A stretch of DNA of 29,963 nucleotides from a virus (lineage: Duplodnaviria; Caudoviricetes): IMG/VR virus record IMGVR_UViG_3300020431_000023, positions 1 through 29,963 of that record. One strand, 5' to 3'. Each line of letters opens with the position of its first letter. Position 1 is the first letter of the stretch. This document shows positions 12,401 to 18,400 of the stretch, in pieces. The position numbers and the translations under genes are program-made. The notes under the pieces were generated by a model. It was given only the letters and a program-made list of their open reading frames with translations, did no database searches and was not told the origin of the DNA.

Positions 12401-15400
12401 TAAGCAATTGCTGTACCAAATGAAGTTGCTCCAGTTAAAAGACTTCCTGTGTCTTCATCAAAATTTCCTGTCGTAGCATTGTAACCATAACGATAAACTT
12501 TACCTGCAGATGAGTCTCCAATTAAGTAACCCATTCTAGGTGTGTATGCTACTGCACTACCAAATGTTTGTCCGTCTGCTCTGTTTAAATTTTTTGTTAA
12601 ACTATAATTAATTGATTTTTGATAGACACCCCAGTTACCGTCACTTGCTTCATCTACCCAAACTGTATTCTTTGAAAACTCTGCTTCATTTAAGTCTAGG
12701 TCTTTGATATCTGCTGGTTGTGCAACACGTTGATCAACAAATGATAAGCCCAATCCATTACCATTCAATGTAGTTGGTGGTTCTTCTAAGGATAAATTAA
12801 TTGTAATTTCTGTTAAGTTGTTAATACGTGTAACAAGATAATATCCATTGACATTAGGTGCAACGTTTATAAATGATACTGGATCAAGTTTTGATAATCC
12901 ATGTCTAGTATCAAACGTAATAGTTGTGGTGTTATTAGTATTTGGTGTAACTTTTACTACTCTTGCAACAGGCTTAATTGAATAGACTCTCCATTGTTCT
13001 TTGAAGTTTGCTATCCACATGTAATCTCTTACATAAAACTCATTAATAGGAATTTGTTTACCATTGCTGTTTACTGCTCGTAAGCCTAGATCATTATAGT
13101 AGTATGCGGCCATCTTAACATCATCATAGTTCACATATCCTGCTGTTGGATAAAGACTTAATGGATCTTCATATTGTAATGTAGATAAAATGTTAGGGCC
13201 GTCAATTGGTCTTGCATAGTTAAACAAGTTGTGAACTGAGACTTCTTGTTGTGCACCAATTGTCGGTGTGCCTTCTGTTAATGATACAGTGCCAGGATTA
13301 CCTGTTAGTTTTGCTTGATCTAATCTAAAGTCAACAAAGTTACTGTTTAATGTTCCACCGAACTCTCCTGAAAGAATAGCCCAGTTTTCATAAACATCGT
13401 AATCAATTGATCCTGTAGGTAAGTTTGTTCCTTTAAATGCAGATACTGCATTAGTTGTACCTTTTGTTTGAATTAAGTTTTTGTAAACATTAACTTGTGT
13501 GATATCTGATAAGTTTACACTTGATAGATAATCTCTAGGTCTAAATCCAATCAAAGAGAATGACAATTGATCTGCATCATTTTCTAAGTTTGCTGTGTTA
13601 CTGTTGTAATACAGTGTGCTTTCATATGAACGTGTTGCAGAGTTAGGTAACAAGCCTTTTTGTATATCATTGTAGTCTGTTTCTACCCAATTAGTTTCTT
13701 CAAACTTTGCGGCTGGTTCTATTGTTCTGATTGCTGTAAAGAATTTGTTTTTGTATTTTACAATTTCTCCTTTAGCATATTTGTATGCAGTCTTCCATTC
13801 GTAAACGTTGTCTTGGTTAAGAATAAATCCAGATGCATTAACTGTTCCGTTCCATTCAGCAGTTTTAGTACCTCGTAGATAAATTCTATTTTGTCTTAAG
13901 CCTGTAGTTAAATTATAAATGACATCATTAAAGACTGTATTATTATCAAATACAATACCATGTTCGATGTTACTCATATTAAATTGACCATATGCCATAA
14001 CATCACCGGCGTTCAATGTCTTAGATTGAAACTTAGTGTCTAATCTTTCTATTGCTAAATCTTTAAGTGCAATAGGATATAAGTTTTGATTCAACAAGAA
14101 GTTATCTTGTTCAATTGTTAATGGCTGAACGATATCACTTTCTTTTTCAATTTTTAAATTTTGAGCAGATGGATTAACTGTTAGTAATGATCCTTTCTCC
14201 CAATTGAACTGTGTCCAATAAAGATATTCTTTAATCATTATGTTCCAATTTATTTCTATACCATTTTCGATATTATCAAATATCATGCCTTTGCGTGATA
14301 ACCATGCACCATAACTTGCTAAGAATTGTGATAAGCCTTGGAACGTAAAAAATTGTGTACCGTATGGAACTAATTGTTCATTAACTGTTTCAGTAGTATA
14401 ATCTTGTGCAATCTTTACTGAGTAATCATCTACTGCAACTTCAGATGTTTTGCCATTATTAATTGGTGTGTCTGTTGTAAAATATGCTTGATCTTGTGAG
14501 TTACCAAATACTTTCCAACCGTTCTCTACTACTTGAATTATAACACTTGAGAATTTTAATTGATCATTAGGTTGATTGTCATGCAACAATACAGAATAAC
14601 TTTCATCAGGAATTAATAACGATGAATTATCTGAGTTCGGCGTTGCTTTTTCAACAAAGAATTTTAATAGTGTCTTGTCACTAAATCCAGCAAGTCTATA
14701 AACTAAACGAACATCTAAATTATCTAATAGTTTAGTAATTTCTGTAGTTGCATCTACACCTTGTTGCTTTTCATAGTCAACAATCCAATTGATGTAACTT
14801 GTTTTTGCTGTTCCACTACCATAGATTTCAATGTTACTGATATTTAAATGACTTCTATCATTTACTAGATATTGTTTGAATTCTGTGTTATACTTATAAT
14901 TGTCTAAATCAGCACTTAAGTTAAAGAAGTCTGCTGGTCTAGTCAATGCAAAAATTCGCATCAAGTCATAAGGATATGCTGAACTTCTTCTGTATGAAAA
15001 TTCTGCTGGTGCATCATCTCCTACTTTCCAATCACGTTTGAATGTGTTAGCATCATAGTTGCCTATCAATGCATCAAACGGAGATAAAAGATCACCATGA
15101 TCGTCAACAGGAATAATTTTACTTAAGCCAGGACGTTTTAATTCGTCAACAGTAACACTAGTTGTTCCACCTGTATTGTAAATAATACCTGCTTCGATAT
15201 CTCCCCACATAACACCATTATCTTTTGTATACGGTGCGGGTCCATAACGAGTAGTCCACCAACTTGGTATCTGTGAAAAACCTAACATCTCCCAGGGAGC
15301 AACATTCGGTTGTGATGTACCATAGAAGTATTCATATACTCCTCTCCAATAACCTTGATATATTGGTGTGTTTGTTAATTTGTTGCCTGATTCAAAATAG

Positions 15401-18400
15401 TTATAACTAAACTCATTAGCAGATGTATATCCTGTTTGAGTTTTGTAATCAATTCTGTTTTGTCCAGCCCAGTTTAAAAACTGTGAGGCGTAAATCTTTA
15501 AGTAATCTTCAGTTGAGTATGTTGACTCTCTAAAGAATCCTGGTAACACTTCATATGCTTCTATAGGCACAATTGTGCTTAATTTAATATTGTTATAGAT
15601 TCTAGTTTCAAATTCTAGTAATGCTTGATCTCTAAAGTCTGTAAGTCCTGTTGCTGGCGTATAGTCGAGTGTATACAAAGATGTATACGAGCCGTCATGT
15701 CCTCTTAGCATATAAGTAGGAGTTGAATAATTAGGATCTAATACTATTTCTGGCTTCCACTTAGGATACAAGCCTAACTTAGTAGGTGTATTAGGTACAA
15801 AGTTACCATATGTTTGATTGTATTCTTTAATCGTAACTATGTCACCTGCTTCTAAATCTTTAGTAACTGTGAGTGAAGGTGCTGTTGTTGATACAACGTA
15901 ATCTACATCTCTAATCAACTGTGTTGTTGTTGTGGTTCCACTAGTTGTTCTTGTAAGATAGACAAGCACTCCTTTATAGTTTGCTTCTGTAAAATCATAT
16001 GTTTGTGCTAATGGATAAATTGATTCTTCTAATGCATTTGCAAAGTTATAAACGTTTGACTTATAAGGTGCTTGTGACGGCAACATGTCTGACCAAAAGA
16101 ACGAATCGTTTTCTGATTTTGCAGATACTATTTGCTCTAATGCTGTGTCTAAAATATAACTAGGATCAAATCTTCTTTCCCATTCTGTATCATTAACAGT
16201 TTTAACTAATTGTTGTTTATATTGCACATACTGATTAGAATTATATTGCAGTGCATTGAATAAGTTATGTTCTGACTTGCGTAAGAACACACTTGGCAAC
16301 ACTAACGATGCAGAGTTCTGAATAATTTTTGTACCATATGGAACTAAGTTTCCTAAGTCTCTTAAATTGTTAGACCCAAATATTGTTCCAGTCGAATTAG
16401 GATTATTAATAAAGATGTCTTGGTACTGTGATCTAATATCACCAATGTCTGCTATTTCTAAATCAGTATTAAAAGGGTTGTTGCTTAAATTTATAGGTAT
16501 GCTATAATAAGCAGTAGCAGATGTTTGTTTACTTAAAATTAATATTTGTACAGGTGTATCTATTGCTGGTGCAGTATTCAGTGTAACTGTTGTAGTCTTA
16601 TCAGTCTGAGTAATCGTATACTCAGTGTCTAATAGATACACATTGTTTACATAGACTTGTATACGGGGCCATGAATCATCTGCTTCAGGAATAACTGCAA
16701 CATCACACGTGAATTCTGCTGTGGTCCCTGTTGTATATTCTAGTTCAAATACTTGGTACTGAACTGAGGGGGCAAGTGCTGTTTGCCAACCTAACTCACG
16801 TGTTTTCTTTGTACGTGTAGAATAATCATACACATAGCCTGTATTAACTTTTTCAGTTACTGGGTTTGTTCCAGTCACATATGAAAATGAGTCAACGTTA
16901 AGTGAACAATCGAAACTGATGTCACCAACATTGTCAACTGCTGAATATCGTAATGGGAAGCCTAAGATTGCATCATTGACTCCAGTACCTCTGCCATAAG
17001 CAAAGAGTTTATTTCCTAAGAATGATGTGCCTTGATAGACAGTTGAATCTCCTAACGAGATTCCATTCTTATCAAAGATATCAAACTCTGGCGCTTGATT
17101 GACTGTGAGTTTTTGTTGTGCTTCGTCCCATAAAGTACCATTGAACCAAAAAGTTGAGCCCTGATAGTTATAACCTCTGAGTGCTACTGTTTGGTCATCA
17201 ACTAAACATAAGCCGTCTTCTGCTTCAGTCAATGTAATAACTGGTGCAGTACCAAAAGTAATTGTTGAGAAGCCAACAACATAAATTTTATTTCTAACTT
17301 CTAAGTTTGTGTCAGCAGTAAAGACAACTCTTGCACCAGAGAATAACTCATAGTTATTGACTGTTGTGTCACTGCCAACAATAGAAACATTTGTTTGACC
17401 AACTACTGTAGAGTTAAGAAACTCAACTGTTAAAACAGTATTAGTACCAACTACTTCAATAGCGGTAATCTTTGTGTTGTTAGGCAAAGCAAAATTAGAA
17501 TCTGTAACATACATGTTTACATCAAATTTAGTGTAAATGTCTGTAGTTGGTATTGTAATTGTTGTGCTTGTTCCTGTCACTCCTGCAATTGTTGCAGTAT
17601 AACTAGTATATGTTTCAATGTCAGGATAATATTGTTTTTTGTTTGCAACTTGATCAAATACATTTGTTGTTCTTGTGTCTATAAAGTCTACTGGTGCTTT
17701 AGCAATTGTTCCTGAATCAAATAGTTTTAAGTTTGGATAAAACTCAATGATCGGACGTTTTGCTTTTGCAGAACCTGTTGCATATGTAGTAACAATAGTT
17801 GGATCATTATTATAATCAGCAGTTGCATTGATAACATCAATGTGAAACCATCTGTTAGAACGTGACCATGCATTTCTGTTAATAGAATTTCTACCAACTG
17901 TAATATAATCTTGGTTGACAGGTATAAACAACTCTGTATCAAAGTTACCAATCGAATATGGCAACGAGTCATAAGGTATAAAGTTAGTTCCTGTAAAATC
18001 TTCTGGTACAGTTAAGTCAGTTGTTGGAATCAAGTTAATAGATTCACCAACGCCTTGCACATAATACTCACCAGTCAAATAACTTGACGGTACAATGTCT
18101 CCGTTGAACTGTACTTTTAATCCATTTGTAAATATTACACCATTTGTAGATGTAAATGTTTTTTGTCCTATAATATCTGTATTGACATTTACTGTGTTAG
18201 TTAAGTTACTTTCGATTAACTTAATACTACCCACTTTATTTGCATTTGTACCGTCTTGGTAGTATAATGTATCTAATAGTGAGGATAAATACGGAACTCT
18301 TGTAATCTCACCTGCTAATGATCTATAAAAGTCTAAGCCAATGTAAGATGTTCCAAACTCAGCAGTAATTTTTTCTTCAGTTGGTATAACTCCAGCTGGA

